A stretch of 39,348 nucleotides of DNA, from the NCBI GenBank assembly GCA_024654415.1, contig JANLHQ010000091.1, positions 1 to 39,348 of the forward strand, in the 5' to 3' direction. The notes below the pieces were generated by a model. That model was not told the DNA's origin and searched no databases. It saw only the letters and a program-made list of their open reading frames with translations. The position numbers and the translations under genes were made by a program. Below, piece after piece: positions 1-9,125 of this stretch (its first letter is position 1; each line of letters opens with the position of its first letter). Source of the stretch: Candidatus Azambacteria bacterium. GTDB taxonomy: Bacteria > Patescibacteriota > Minisyncoccia > GWC2-36-17 > WO2-46-25.

Positions 1-616
1 ACTCTTTTAAAAGTGTTTCTAGGTCGGCAAATTTCGCACCGTATTCTTTTTCAAAATCAGCATTTGGCTTCGGATCATGGTATATAACCTTCATACCAAA
101 TCCCTTTACCGCGTGGTGCGCAACAAGCGAGCCAATTCGTCCAAGCCCAACAATACCAAGTGTTTTATTTGTAAGATCAGTACCCAGGAGAAGCATTGGC
201 GCCCAACCCGTATATTTCCCTGCCTTGGTGAAAGAATCACTCTCAGGAATACGGTGCGCAAGTGCCAGCATAAGTGCAAAAGCATGCTCTGCAACGGTCT
301 CTGTAAGTACTCCTGGGGTATTTGTGACGATCATCGCGTGGCGCTTTGCCGCCTCAAGATCGATATTATCAAAACCGACCGCATAATTAGCAAAAATCTT
401 GCACTGCGAGCCAGCTGATGCAAGTACATCTTCATCGATTTTATCGGTAAGCAAACACAGCACGGCATCGTACGTTCCTTGAGTAAGGCGCGCTACAAGC
501 TCGTCCTTTGTGAGGACGCCATCTTTTTCGCTTACTTCGACCGTATATCCTTTGCCTTTTAACAATTCAATCCCTCGTTCAGGGATTCTCCTCGTGACAA
601 AAATTTTATGTTCCAT
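1..616 (-). CDS. D-isomer-specific 2-hydroxyacid dehydrogenase (glyoxylate/hydroxypyruvate reductase-like), N-terminal ~205 aa; 3' end runs off the window
   Basis: Absent from ORF track because it is open at the window edge. Manual reverse translation from ATG (complement of 614-616): MEHKIFVTRRIPERGIELLKGKGYTVEV...NKTLGIVGLGRIGSLVAHHAVKGFGMKVIYHDP. NAD-binding GxGxxG (GLGRIG) sits in the family-typical context. Confidence 0.8.
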   Translation of the reverse strand, partial: MEHKIFVTRRIPERGIELLKGKGYTVEVSEKDGVLTKDELVARLTQGTYDAVLCLLTDKIDEDVLASAGSQCKIFANYAVGFDNIDLEAAKRHAMIVTNTPGVLTETVAEHAFALMLALAHRIPESDSFTKAGKYTGWAPMLLLGTDLTNKTLGIVGLGRIGSLVAHHAVKGFGMKVIYHDPKPNADFEKEYGAKFADLETLLKE

Positions 617-698
617 GGTCTTGAGTATAGCATGCTCGCCAGGCAGATACAATATTTTATGCTCTTTCGATTCCCCCACTGTATGGTATGATTATACT

Positions 699-2075
699 AT
701 GACATCGTCACATAGGAAGTTTTATTTTTATTTTTTGGTCGCTATTTTCCTTATCGCGTCGCCCGCAGTAATCATATACTCGCAAGGATATTCACTCGAT
801 CTCAAGACATTTTCCCTAGTAAAAACGGGCGGAATCTTTGTTGCGACAACGCCAAAGGGGGTGCTGGTATATATAAATGGAAAACTTACCACCACAACTA
901 GTGCGCTCCCCTTAACACAGGGAAAGCTTATCTCCCGACTGCTTCCCGATGATTACGCTGTAAAAATTGAAAAAGGTGCCTATCTTGGATGGGATAAGAA
1001 GTTGAAAGTGGAGCCACAACTCGTCACCGAGGTGCGCAATGTTTTTCTTATCCCCACAGAACGAACCGTGGAAACCATCGAGACAGGGGTAAGCGATGTA
1101 ATTGTGTCAGATTCGAACGCATCAATCGCATATATTAAAGAAAATGGGATAGCGGTCCTCGATGTTGCGTCACCCAAGATTATTCCCCTTGCAGCTCAGG
1201 AGGATGAGCGAATTGGAAAAGTACGGTTTGGCGCTGATGAAGGGTATCTCGTGGTTGAAAGCCTTCAAAAGAATCAAAGTAGGAAATATCTCTTCCGTAT
1301 AGGATCACAGGAGCGAATGGAGATTATGGAGGATGATATTGAGCGCTACGTTAAAATACGCCAATACAGCAAGGGAGAACCTAGAATAATCGCGCTATCT
1401 ACCACAAATACACTCTACACAGTTGATCTTCGTGTGCCCCACGAAAAGGTTGTCGTTGCAACCAATATCGTAAATTTTGAGATGTTTGGAAATAAGGCGG
1501 TATATGCAACCACCGCTCCCACGATCCTGTACGAAAAGGATCTTATTTCTGGTAAAACTAACCAAATAATCGAAACCCCGCTCGAGTACTTTGATGCGAA
1601 CTCACGGATTATTCGCTCTACCGCAGGGCATATCGCGATCATCGGCTCCGACAACACGCTCTATTTATATGATGGCGATCAACTTGAGTTTAAGCGCATT
1701 GCAGACAACGTTATTGGCGCTGTATTCTCAGACGATAATAAAAAGCTTGCCTGGCACAATAAAAACGAGCTGTATGTCTATTATTTAAAAGATGTACTTA
1801 TTCAGCCAAAAAAGAAAGTCGGCGATATTGAGCTTATTACGCGACTTTCACGCCCCATTACCGGTATCACATGGTTTTCATATGACAACGAACACATATT
1901 TTTCATCGCGGAAAAAAAGATACGGTTTATCGAGCTTGATGGGCGCGATCATCGCAATGTCTATGACATAGCCGAGGCCGCGCAAGCACTTAAAATATCA
2001 TACAATGGGTATGATGATTATCTTTATTTCCTCGACGGGACACTTCTTAAGAAAATATCTTTATTTAAGTTATAG
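699..2075 (+). CDS. Membrane-anchored PEGA-domain protein with a probable beta-propeller-like C-terminal region
   Basis: ORF 510..2075 begins with GTG and overlaps the divergent dehydrogenase, so I trimmed it to the in-frame ATG at 699 (MTSSHRKFYFYFLVAIFLIASPAVIIY = TM anchor). PEGA-like segment: GGIFVATTPKGVLVYINGKL...LLPDDYAVKIEKGAYLGWDKKLKV. Confidence 0.6.
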   Translation: MTSSHRKFYFYFLVAIFLIASPAVIIYSQGYSLDLKTFSLVKTGGIFVATTPKGVLVYINGKLTTTTSALPLTQGKLISRLLPDDYAVKIEKGAYLGWDKKLKVEPQLVTEVRNVFLIPTERTVETIETGVSDVIVSDSNASIAYIKENGIAVLDVASPKIIPLAAQEDERIGKVRFGADEGYLVVESLQKNQSRKYLFRIGSQERMEIMEDDIERYVKIRQYSKGEPRIIALSTTNTLYTVDLRVPHEKVVVATNIVNFEMFGNKAVYATTAPTILYEKDLISGKTNQIIETPLEYFDANSRIIRSTAGHIAIIGSDNTLYLYDGDQLEFKRIADNVIGAVFSDDNKKLAWHNKNELYVYYLKDVLIQPKKKVGDIELITRLSRPITGITWFSYDNEHIFFIAEKKIRFIELDGRDHRNVYDIAEAAQALKISYNGYDDYLYFLDGTLLKKISLFKL

Positions 2076-2103
2076 GACCGCGACGAGCGATATACCTGGA
2101 TTT

Positions 2104-2136
2104 AAAAAACACCGCGTATAAAGCGGTGTTTTTTAA
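2104..2136. terminator. Bidirectional rho-independent terminator between convergent genes
   Basis: aaaaaacaccgc-gtataaa-gcggtgtttttt: perfect GC-containing stem flanked by an A-run and a T-run. Confidence 0.75.
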
Positions 2137-2153
2137 AAAATATAGTAGTAAGA

Positions 2154-2702
2154 CTATCGCTTTGACCATCGTGGCCCCTTGCGCGCCTTTTTGAGTCCAA
2201 ACTTCTTTCGTTCCTTTTGACGTGGGTCTCGTTTAAGATATCCTGATCGTTTTAATCGTTTCTGAAAATCAGCATTGAATGCCACAAGTGCACGAGCAAT
2301 ACCATGGCGCACTGCCTCCGCCTGCGCATGGATGCCGCCTCCCTTTGTTATTGCAGTCACCATAAATCGCTCTGTGATCTTCATTTTGCGCATTGGACCA
2401 TCAACGATTCTCTGTAGATCATCCTGTGGAAAATAGAGCTTATAATCTTTTGTATTTACAAACACACTACCTCCTTTTGTGAATAAGCGTACGCGCGCAG
2501 TTGCAGTCTTCCGACGCCCTACAGCCTCATAGTATCTCCCTGGCTTTGCGTCTTTCTCTTCGATCATTTTTTCAATATCGATGTCCACACCACCTTCCTC
2601 TTCTGATTTCACTGGTACTGGTGTAATTTCAACTTCCTCCTCCTTTTTTTCTTTAGGAGTTCGTTTCACGGCTATTTTTGTTGCGGTTTTGGTTGCGCTC
2701 AT
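2154..2702 (-). CDS. rpsI: 30S ribosomal protein S9 with ~50-aa Lys/Glu-rich N-terminal extension
   Basis: Core RYYEAVGRRKTATARVRLF...GGGIHAQAEAVRHGIARAL...LKRDPRQKERKKFGLKKARKGPRWSKR is canonical S9. ATG start verified. Confidence 0.95.
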   Translation of the reverse strand: MSATKTATKIAVKRTPKEKKEEEVEITPVPVKSEEEGGVDIDIEKMIEEKDAKPGRYYEAVGRRKTATARVRLFTKGGSVFVNTKDYKLYFPQDDLQRIVDGPMRKMKITERFMVTAITKGGGIHAQAEAVRHGIARALVAFNADFQKRLKRSGYLKRDPRQKERKKFGLKKARKGPRWSKR

Positions 2703-2708
2703 ATTCGT

Positions 2709-3071
2709 TTATTTAATTTGTCCGCGATGCATAATAAGCCTCTTTATCATGGGAGCTCGTAGTTTATTTTTTGGAAGCATACCATATACCGCGAGTCGAA
2801 ATACTGATCCGGGATTCTTTTCCATCATATTTCCAAGCACCGAAGTTTTGAATCCACCCGGATGGCCGGTATGATAATAATACTCTTTATTTTCTCTCTT
2901 TGTCCCTGTGATCTTTAGCGCATCGAGGTTACATACTACCACGATATCGCCCGCATCGATATGTCGCTCAAATGTCGCCTTATGCTTACCGCGCAACAAT
3001 ACCGCAACCGCAGATGCGAGTCTGCCGAGCGATTTTCCTGATGCATCAATTGTGTGCGTTTTTCTTTCCAT
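2709..3071 (-). CDS. rplM: 50S ribosomal protein L13 (compact, 120 aa)
   Basis: GKSLGRLASAVAVLLRGKHKATFERHIDAGDIVVV...YYYHTGHPGGFK...AVYGMLPKNKL matches L13. Sits upstream of rpsI as in the conserved L13-S9 pair. Confidence 0.95.
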   Translation of the reverse strand: MERKTHTIDASGKSLGRLASAVAVLLRGKHKATFERHIDAGDIVVVCNLDALKITGTKRENKEYYYHTGHPGGFKTSVLGNMMEKNPGSVFRLAVYGMLPKNKLRAPMIKRLIMHRGQIK

Positions 3072-3080
3072 ATACGTATA

Positions 3081-3428
3081 TTATACAAATTCAATCTGCG
3101 CCATTTTTGAACCATCTGATCTTCGTTGCCCAAGCTTTATCACGCGCGTATATCCTCCATCTCGCTCCGCGTACTTCACCGCAACCTCATCAAACAATTT
3201 CTTTGTCACGCTCTCTGCAAGTGTTCTCCGAATGAGACGTATCGCATTAATATCTTTCACCTTTGCTTTTGTAACCATCTTTTCAATACGTGGGCGCAAT
3301 TCCTTAGCCTTCGCCTCGGTTGTTTTGATCTTTCCATTTATAATAAGCGCGGTAATCAACGCCTTGAGTAATGCCTTGCGTTGTCCTGCTTCCCTATGAA
3401 ATTTTCTGGTTTTTTTTAAATGTTTCAT
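3081..3428 (-). CDS. rplQ: 50S ribosomal protein L17
   Basis: MKHLKKTRKFHREAGQRKALLKALITALIINGKIKTTEAKAKELRP...GGYTRVIKLGQRRSDGSKMAQIEFV. Follows rpoA as in the alpha operon. Confidence 0.95.
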   Translation of the reverse strand: MKHLKKTRKFHREAGQRKALLKALITALIINGKIKTTEAKAKELRPRIEKMVTKAKVKDINAIRLIRRTLAESVTKKLFDEVAVKYAERDGGYTRVIKLGQRRSDGSKMAQIEFV

Positions 3429-3431
3429 ATC

Positions 3432-4367
3432 CTACTCCTCTTTCAAATCCATATTGGACTTCTTAAGTGCTTTTTTAATATCAGTGATCATCTTCGCACC
3501 CATCCCTTCAAGCTCTAGAAGCTCTGCCTCTGTCTTTTGGGTAAGATCATCGATGGAAGTGATGCCCGCCGCTTCAAGCGCGTGCGTAGTGCGTGCAGGA
3601 AGGCCCAACTCGGCAATACCACCCGCAACCGGGACATCCTCTGCCACATGCTCTTTTACTTCTTCCTCGTCTTGCGCCGCCGTTTCATCAAATGATATAA
3701 GCTTCGCAAATTGATCAACTAAAATCCGCGCACCCTTCATGAATGCCTCCTCAGGATCAATAGTGCCATCGGTCTCAATAATAAAACGCAAACGATCATA
3801 GTCCGTGCGCTCACCAACACGCATATTCTCCACCTCATAATTGATCTTTCTGATTGGTGTAAAAATCGCATCAAGCGCCGCAGCACCAATCTCTGTTTTT
3901 TCACGCTTCTTTTCTTCAACAGGCACGTATCCAAATCCTTTTTCAATCGTTAATTCAACTTCAAACTCTGATTTCTTATCGGTGAGTGTCGCAATGTGCG
4001 CGGTAGGATCAACAACTTGGATCTGACTTGATCCTTTAATATCTGCCGCAGTAACCTCACGCTCTCCATGCACGCTTATGGTAACCACCTCTGGCTCGTT
4101 GGTGTGTTTGATGAATCGCAAGCGCTTAATGTTCAGCAATATCTGCACCACATCTTCCATTACACCTGAGATCGTTGAAAATTCATGCGATACCCCTTTA
4201 ATCTTCACCATTGTTGTTGCCGCTCCTTCAAGAGAAGAAAGGAGTACTCGTCGCAACGCGTTACCGAGCGTCATGCCATATCCGGGATAAAGCCCTTCGA
4301 TCTCGATAACAGCTCGAAAGCCATCTTTCGTCACTACATGAGGTTTTTCTGGCAATGTAATTGGCAT
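3432..4367 (-). CDS. rpoA: DNA-directed RNA polymerase alpha subunit
   Basis: N-terminal domain GYGMTLGNALRRVLLSSLEGAA and C-terminal domain LGLPARTTHALEAAGITSIDDL...LLELEGMGAKMITDIKKAL. Position S4-rpoA-L17. Confidence 0.97.
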   Translation of the reverse strand: MPITLPEKPHVVTKDGFRAVIEIEGLYPGYGMTLGNALRRVLLSSLEGAATTMVKIKGVSHEFSTISGVMEDVVQILLNIKRLRFIKHTNEPEVVTISVHGEREVTAADIKGSSQIQVVDPTAHIATLTDKKSEFEVELTIEKGFGYVPVEEKKREKTEIGAAALDAIFTPIRKINYEVENMRVGERTDYDRLRFIIETDGTIDPEEAFMKGARILVDQFAKLISFDETAAQDEEEVKEHVAEDVPVAGGIAELGLPARTTHALEAAGITSIDDLTQKTEAELLELEGMGAKMITDIKKALKKSNMDLKEE

Positions 4368-4421
4368 GTTTTCAAAAAATCAGCTCAGAGTCACACCTCC
4401 TCACCGAAGTTATTAATAGTA

Positions 4422-5042
4422 TTATCGTGAATAAAGCTCCGTAATTAATTGCAAATTGAACGGCACATCAAGCTCGTCCATTGCTGGTACATGCGCCATC
4501 TCTCCCTTCAGGCTTTCCGCATCCATCGCGAGCCATTTTGGCGGCTCATATTTCTTCAGCACCGTCTTAATATCCAAAAAGATTTTTTTTGAAACTGATC
4601 CCGGGCGAATCGTAATAACATCTCCCTTTGTAATCTGATATGAAGGAATATCAACTCTTCGTCCGTTCACCATGAGATGCCCATGACCAACCATTTGCCG
4701 CGCCTGGCTTCGCGATGCGGCAAACCCAAGTCGAAAAGCAATATTATCGAGACGAGTTTCCAGGAGTATTGCAAGCATGTTCAGTGTGTTCCCTGTCTTT
4801 TTTGATGACGCTTCATAGTACTTCCTAAACTGGCGCTCTTGAATGCCATAGCTTCGCTTTACTTTCTGCTTTTCTGCAAGCTGAGTTCCATATTCAGAGC
4901 CTCCCCTCTTTTTTCGCTTTGCACCATGAATTCCAGGAGGACCCGGACGCCGAGTAACCGCGCATTTTGCCGTAGCGCAACGCTCACCTTTTAGAAAAAG
5001 CTTTTCTCCCGCACGTCTACATTTTCTGCATTTTGGTTCCAT
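4422..5042 (-). CDS. rpsD: 30S ribosomal protein S4
   Basis: N-terminal zinc-ribbon-like CRKCRRAGEKLFLKGERC..AKC, YGIQERQFRKYY, and S4 RNA-binding domain RLDNIAFRLGFAASRSQARQMVGHGHLMVNG. Confidence 0.97.
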   Translation of the reverse strand: MEPKCRKCRRAGEKLFLKGERCATAKCAVTRRPGPPGIHGAKRKKRGGSEYGTQLAEKQKVKRSYGIQERQFRKYYEASSKKTGNTLNMLAILLETRLDNIAFRLGFAASRSQARQMVGHGHLMVNGRRVDIPSYQITKGDVITIRPGSVSKKIFLDIKTVLKKYEPPKWLAMDAESLKGEMAHVPAMDELDVPFNLQLITELYSR

Positions 5043-5057
5043 AAATATATCGATGTG

Positions 5058-5510
5058 TTAGACGCGTCTAACTTTTGGCGGCCTACACCCATTGTGAGGA
5101 ATCGGCGTCACATCAGTAATAGAAATAACATTAAAATTCCCCGCGAGCGCACGAACTGCTGATTCTCGTCCTGATCCGATTCCTTTCACGAAGATTGCAA
5201 TATCCTGAAGTCCTGTTTTTTTGATTTTTTCCACAAGTGTTGAAACTATTTGTGTTGCCGCATACGGCGTTGCCTTCTTTGCACCCTTAAAACCTAACGA
5301 GCCCGCTGTTGACCATGCGAGCACATTACCAAAATCATCTGCGATGGTAATGATTGTATTATTATATGTCGCCTGAATATGTGCTTGCCCCGCCTTTATA
5401 ATTCTTTTTGCGGCTGCAACAGTCGGCGCCTTTTTTGCCGAGGATTCTTGTTCCTCGGTCTCTTTCATCAATTGCTCTTCATTTTGTTTTAATACTTTCT
5501 TCTTTCCCAT
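5058..5510 (-). CDS. rpsK: 30S ribosomal protein S11 with ~20-aa acidic/basic N-terminal extension
   Basis: GQAHIQATYNNTIITIADDFGNVLAWSTAGSLGFKGAKKATPYAA...GIGSGRESAVRAL...ITDVTPIPHNGCRPPKVRRV. Confidence 0.97.
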   Translation of the reverse strand: MGKKKVLKQNEEQLMKETEEQESSAKKAPTVAAAKRIIKAGQAHIQATYNNTIITIADDFGNVLAWSTAGSLGFKGAKKATPYAATQIVSTLVEKIKKTGLQDIAIFVKGIGSGRESAVRALAGNFNVISITDVTPIPHNGCRPPKVRRV

Positions 5511-5530
5511 GATAGTAAATACGTTTTCTA

Positions 5531-5917
5531 TTATTTCTTCTCAACTGCTCGTCGTCCCGAACCAGCGGTCTTCCTTACATTGCCACGGCGCGTTCGTGAA
5601 TTTGTCTTTGTACGCTGTCCATGTACTGGAAGTCCCTTTATATGACGGATCCCACGATAACTCTTAATATCCTTCAATCGTTTGATGTGTAACATGATCT
5701 CTCGCTTCAGATCTCCTTCGGTTTTGTAGTTTTTTTCGATCGCATCCTTTAATCGGTTCGTTTCATCAGCGGTAAGCTCGTGGGCGCGCTTTTCTGGATC
5801 GATCTTGGTTTCCGTAAGCATGCGACGTGCCCGCGTAGGGCCGATACCGTAGATGTATGTAAGAGCTACCTCCATCCGTTTTTTATCAGGAATATTGACA
5901 CCGACGATTCTTGGCAT
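5531..5917 (-). CDS. rpsM: 30S ribosomal protein S13
   Basis: ORF 5531..5962 trimmed to MPRIVGVNIPDKKRMEVALTYIYGIGPTRARRML (canonical S13 N-terminus). The upstream 15 codons overlap rpmJ. Confidence 0.95.
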   Translation of the reverse strand: MPRIVGVNIPDKKRMEVALTYIYGIGPTRARRMLTETKIDPEKRAHELTADETNRLKDAIEKNYKTEGDLKREIMLHIKRLKDIKSYRGIRHIKGLPVHGQRTKTNSRTRRGNVRKTAGSGRRAVEKK

Positions 5918-5918
5918 A

Positions 5919-6032
5919 TTATTTTTGACGTTGTTTATGCTTCGGATTAGCGCAAATGACATGCACCCGTCCGTTTCTTCGAACTGACTTACATTTTGCG
6001 CAAATTTTCTTTACCGATGCTCTTACTTTCAT
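5919..6032 (-). CDS. rpmJ: 50S ribosomal protein L36 (37 aa; below the ORF-track size cutoff)
   Basis: Manual translation of the reverse strand: [37 protein letters not shown], stop TAA. Zinc-ribbon CxxC...C..H pattern. Canonical position between infA and rpsM. Confidence 0.9.
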   Translation of the reverse strand: MKVRASVKKICAKCKSVRRNGRVHVICANPKHKQRQK

Positions 6033-6037
6033 AAATA

Positions 6038-6253
6038 TTATTTTGTCCGTAATACTATCCGCCCCTTTGTCTGATCGTATGGGCTTAATTCAACCGTCAC
6101 CCTATCCCCTGGAACAACCTTAATATGGTGAAGCCGCATTTTACCAGATAAATGAGCAAGCACAAGAGCTTCGTCTTGAAGCTCTACCCGAAACAATCCG
6201 TTGGATAAATTCTCTTGGACTATTCCGTCTCGGCGAATTCTCTCTTGTGGCAT
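6038..6253 (-). CDS. infA: Translation initiation factor IF-1
   Basis: S1-like OB fold: [61 protein letters not shown]. Confidence 0.95.
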   Translation of the reverse strand: MPQERIRRDGIVQENLSNGLFRVELQDEALVLAHLSGKMRLHHIKVVPGDRVTVELSPYDQTKGRIVLRTK

Positions 6254-6265
6254 AAATATTAGTTA

Positions 6266-6294
6266 TTTCTAACAAATCGGCGAACATTAGTCAA
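6266..6294 (-). promoter_or_regulatory. Candidate sigma70-type promoter for the infA-rpmJ-rpsM... block
   Basis: Reverse strand reads TTGACT-17 nt-TAGAAA, then 12 nt to the infA ATG. The -10 is imperfect (final A). Confidence 0.35.
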
Positions 6295-6341
6295 CCCCCC
6301 ACGCTTTTACGCGTAGGAATAGCTATTAAAATCCTCGCTCT

Positions 6342-8012
6342 CTACGACCCCACAACGGTAATTGTAATGCGTTTTGGGTTGCTCGGGGCAAGTGATATCC
6401 AAAATGGCCAAAACGTCGCCTCAGCGCTTTCTATCGCATCATTCGCGCTTAATATCTTCTGGATATCAACCTCTCCTTTTCCAGCAAGCATCTCCTTTAT
6501 TTGTTGTCCATCAATTGCTCCCTCTACCAACTCACTTGCTTTCACGGTAAAGCTCAATGTTTCCCGATTAGGACCAAACGCCTCCCGCTCATAGGTAATA
6601 ACACGCGTCCCCGGTAATGCCTTTCGCGCATCCAATAATTTCTTCGAAAGATGATATTCAGCAAGTGCCGCGATATCATTCTCAGAGAATGCAAACACAT
6701 CATACGTAACCTTTATGTGAGCGATAAATTTCCCATCTGCATCAGGTTGGTTTGCGGAAAACTCCGGCGTCCTTTGTGTGGCTGACCCTTCAAGCACAAC
6801 AAACCCTTTTGGTATATTTGCCTCAACATATCCTTTTGTTTCTTCTGTGAGTTTACTCTGAAGCGCCGTTTTTGCCCGCGCGATATCATCCGCCGTCGCG
6901 ACATATCCCTCCCCAGAACCACCGCCCGTCATTGCCGATGATGACTTCGCTGAAAATGAAGCAAACTTTGATGACCCTTCAAACCCAGGGATTACAAACG
7001 AAGAGGAACCAATATTATATGCCGCACCTGCTTCATCTGCGATTACCGTAGTTTCCACAGTTCCTGCGGCGGTTACTGTTCCTCCCTGCACCGTCGCCCC
7101 TGGAACAGTGACCGCACCTTTTAATCGGAATATTTTCCCATCTGGTGATCGAAGTCGCGTATTCTTTACCAGTGGCTGAGCACTTGAACTAAATTCATTA
7201 TACAGCGTCACCATTCCTTCTGCCTTCGTCGCTGTGTCCTGCTTTGCTGATGCAATATACTCCCCATTTACTTCTTTTTCGATTGTGATGATCTGTCCTG
7301 GTACCTTTGACTTATCCACATCGAGCACTGATGTTTTACTGTCTGCTATCGCCTGGAAATCAAACCGTAAAGATTCCTTCATTGGAATAACCGTCACTGA
7401 CAATCGAGGAGACAGTATAAAGAACGCGGCGCCTGCAAGTATCGCTGCAGTCGTAAACGATATGATTACAAATTTTGTGGTGAGCAGTGACTTTCCACGC
7501 ATCACGCGCTCCGGAGAAGAAGGAGTGGTATTATAGGTGACATCCGCACTCCGTTCTTTTTCGGGGTGATTATACCGCACCTCTTCATCATGGTCGCGCG
7601 GTGGACTCATAAGCACCTCGTCGTATGAGGAAGGAATGCGAATATTCTCGTCACGTATGACGCGTACCGGTATTGATTCCTCCTGCTCTTGCTCGCTGTG
7701 CTGCTCGGTCGGCGCAACAATGGGGTTTGAGCTCACCTCATCTTGTCGCTCTAGCTCCGTAGCATTTTCTGCGATGATATCAAATGAAACATTACGTGCC
7801 ATCTCAAGAACTGTAGGGTTCTGAGAAATAATCACAATGCGCTTCTCAAGCACAGTCGCCTCCCTCGCAAGAAGCTTCATGTTTACCGCATCCATAAAAA
7901 GCTCAGGATATTCATCGGCGGCAAGATACAGCGTATCGCCTTCCGTATTCTCAAGTCGGTCAATAAGATACGCGATGTTTTCCTCCGGATGAATATAGAG
8001 TATTTTTTTCAT
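6342..8012 (-). CDS. Single-pass membrane protein of unknown function (556 aa)
   Basis: Long ORF with ATG start. Cytoplasmic N-domain, low-complexity linker and one TM (FVIISFTTAAILAGAAFFILS). The large external domain has a segment (GMVTLYNEFSSSAQPLVKNTRLRSPDGKIFRLKGAVTVPGA...VIADEAGAAYNIGSSSFVIPGF) that resembles baseplate-J/gp47-like regions seen in many CPR hypothetical proteins. This is from memory and unverified. Confidence 0.7.
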   Translation of the reverse strand: MKKILYIHPEENIAYLIDRLENTEGDTLYLAADEYPELFMDAVNMKLLAREATVLEKRIVIISQNPTVLEMARNVSFDIIAENATELERQDEVSSNPIVAPTEQHSEQEQEESIPVRVIRDENIRIPSSYDEVLMSPPRDHDEEVRYNHPEKERSADVTYNTTPSSPERVMRGKSLLTTKFVIISFTTAAILAGAAFFILSPRLSVTVIPMKESLRFDFQAIADSKTSVLDVDKSKVPGQIITIEKEVNGEYIASAKQDTATKAEGMVTLYNEFSSSAQPLVKNTRLRSPDGKIFRLKGAVTVPGATVQGGTVTAAGTVETTVIADEAGAAYNIGSSSFVIPGFEGSSKFASFSAKSSSAMTGGGSGEGYVATADDIARAKTALQSKLTEETKGYVEANIPKGFVVLEGSATQRTPEFSANQPDADGKFIAHIKVTYDVFAFSENDIAALAEYHLSKKLLDARKALPGTRVITYEREAFGPNRETLSFTVKASELVEGAIDGQQIKEMLAGKGEVDIQKILSANDAIESAEATFWPFWISLAPSNPKRITITVVGS

Positions 8013-8023
8013 GGGTATAACTA

Positions 8024-9121
8024 TTATAACGTCTCTGCAATTATTAAATCGAATGCGCTCTTAAAAATATCATGTTCGGGTGCGTGCCATACATGTATCG
8101 TGGCATTGCGCTCTATGGGGAGTGGTGTAAGCCACTCTGTAGCGCGAAACGCCTCATCTACTTGTGGCAAATCCTCTGACGAAACCACCCAAATATTCCC
8201 TGGCAATAAACTCGTACGGTCAAGCATAGGAACGACTGCTGAGACCTCTGTAATTAATGCTTTTCCCGCTGTGCTACAAACATCCTCTACCTGCTTGTTC
8301 ACATGTGCCTCAAGCGTCTTATTTGCGAATGCGCGCATGATCTCTTTTGCCTCTTCGTGTCCGACAGAAAAAGTTTTTTTGATTGCTTCGACTATTGTAC
8401 CATATCCACTACTCGTGACACCACTACCCACTACCGCACCATTCCTCACCAGTACTATGCTTATCTCACACTCAAACACACATACCACTATTGCGTTCTT
8501 GTCTGTATTTCCTAAAAATTTCACATACTTTGCCGCCGCATAGCGCATATCAAAAAACCCGCTCACTGATAATCCAGCTTCTGCGGCAACGTGAGATAGG
8601 CTCTGCGCAAGCGTATCGGCACATGCGACGCGCACGACATCTATAAGAACCTCTTCTCCATTTAGCCCCACTGGATCAGTAACGGCAAATCCGTCAATAT
8701 GAAACCGCTCTGCAATCCTTCGGGATGTCTCCCCTTCTTTCTCTTTTGCATGAATGCCAATAAGGGTGGCGAGCTCTTCTGTGGATATCTTTTTTTCCTT
8801 TGTCGCGCGGATCTCCTTCCCATGAAAAGATGAAAACAGCCCCACCCCTCCGCCGAGTGCAAATACCACATTGCGCGCCGCGCCCCCTTCCACAGTGGGT
8901 AAAGCCACGAGTGCCTTTCTACAACTAAGCGCTATCCGCTCTACATCAAGTATGCCCCCTGAAATTGCCTCCCCTTCCTGTGGTTCTGTCGCGGTTGCAG
9001 TAACAACTACATTTCCTTTTTCACGCCTTACAGAGGAAACAGTAATTTTATCGGTATACACACCAACAATAATTACAGCTGAACCTTCCTTTAAAACGGA
9101 TCCGGGTGACAAGAATTCCAT
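8024..9121 (-). CDS. Actin-like ATPase, FtsA/PilM family (cell-division FtsA-like)
   Basis: ORF 8024..9343 trimmed to the in-frame ATG at 9121 (MEFLSPGSVLKEGSAVIIVGVY), 4 nt after the alaS stop. Sugar-kinase/actin-fold phosphate motifs (VFALGGGVGLF; NAIVVCVFECEISIVLVRNGAVVGSG) and an inserted SHS2-like segment. Confidence 0.55.
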   Translation of the reverse strand: MEFLSPGSVLKEGSAVIIVGVYTDKITVSSVRREKGNVVVTATATEPQEGEAISGGILDVERIALSCRKALVALPTVEGGAARNVVFALGGGVGLFSSFHGKEIRATKEKKISTEELATLIGIHAKEKEGETSRRIAERFHIDGFAVTDPVGLNGEEVLIDVVRVACADTLAQSLSHVAAEAGLSVSGFFDMRYAAAKYVKFLGNTDKNAIVVCVFECEISIVLVRNGAVVGSGVTSSGYGTIVEAIKKTFSVGHEEAKEIMRAFANKTLEAHVNKQVEDVCSTAGKALITEVSAVVPMLDRTSLLPGNIWVVSSEDLPQVDEAFRATEWLTPLPIERNATIHVWHAPEHDIFKSAFDLIIAETL

Positions 9122-9125
9122 ATAG

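Noticed and set aside
510-698. 5' extension of the PEGA-domain ORF (GTG at 510)
   Set aside because: It overlaps the N-terminal coding region of the divergent dehydrogenase on the other strand. The ATG at 699 begins a proper TM anchor.
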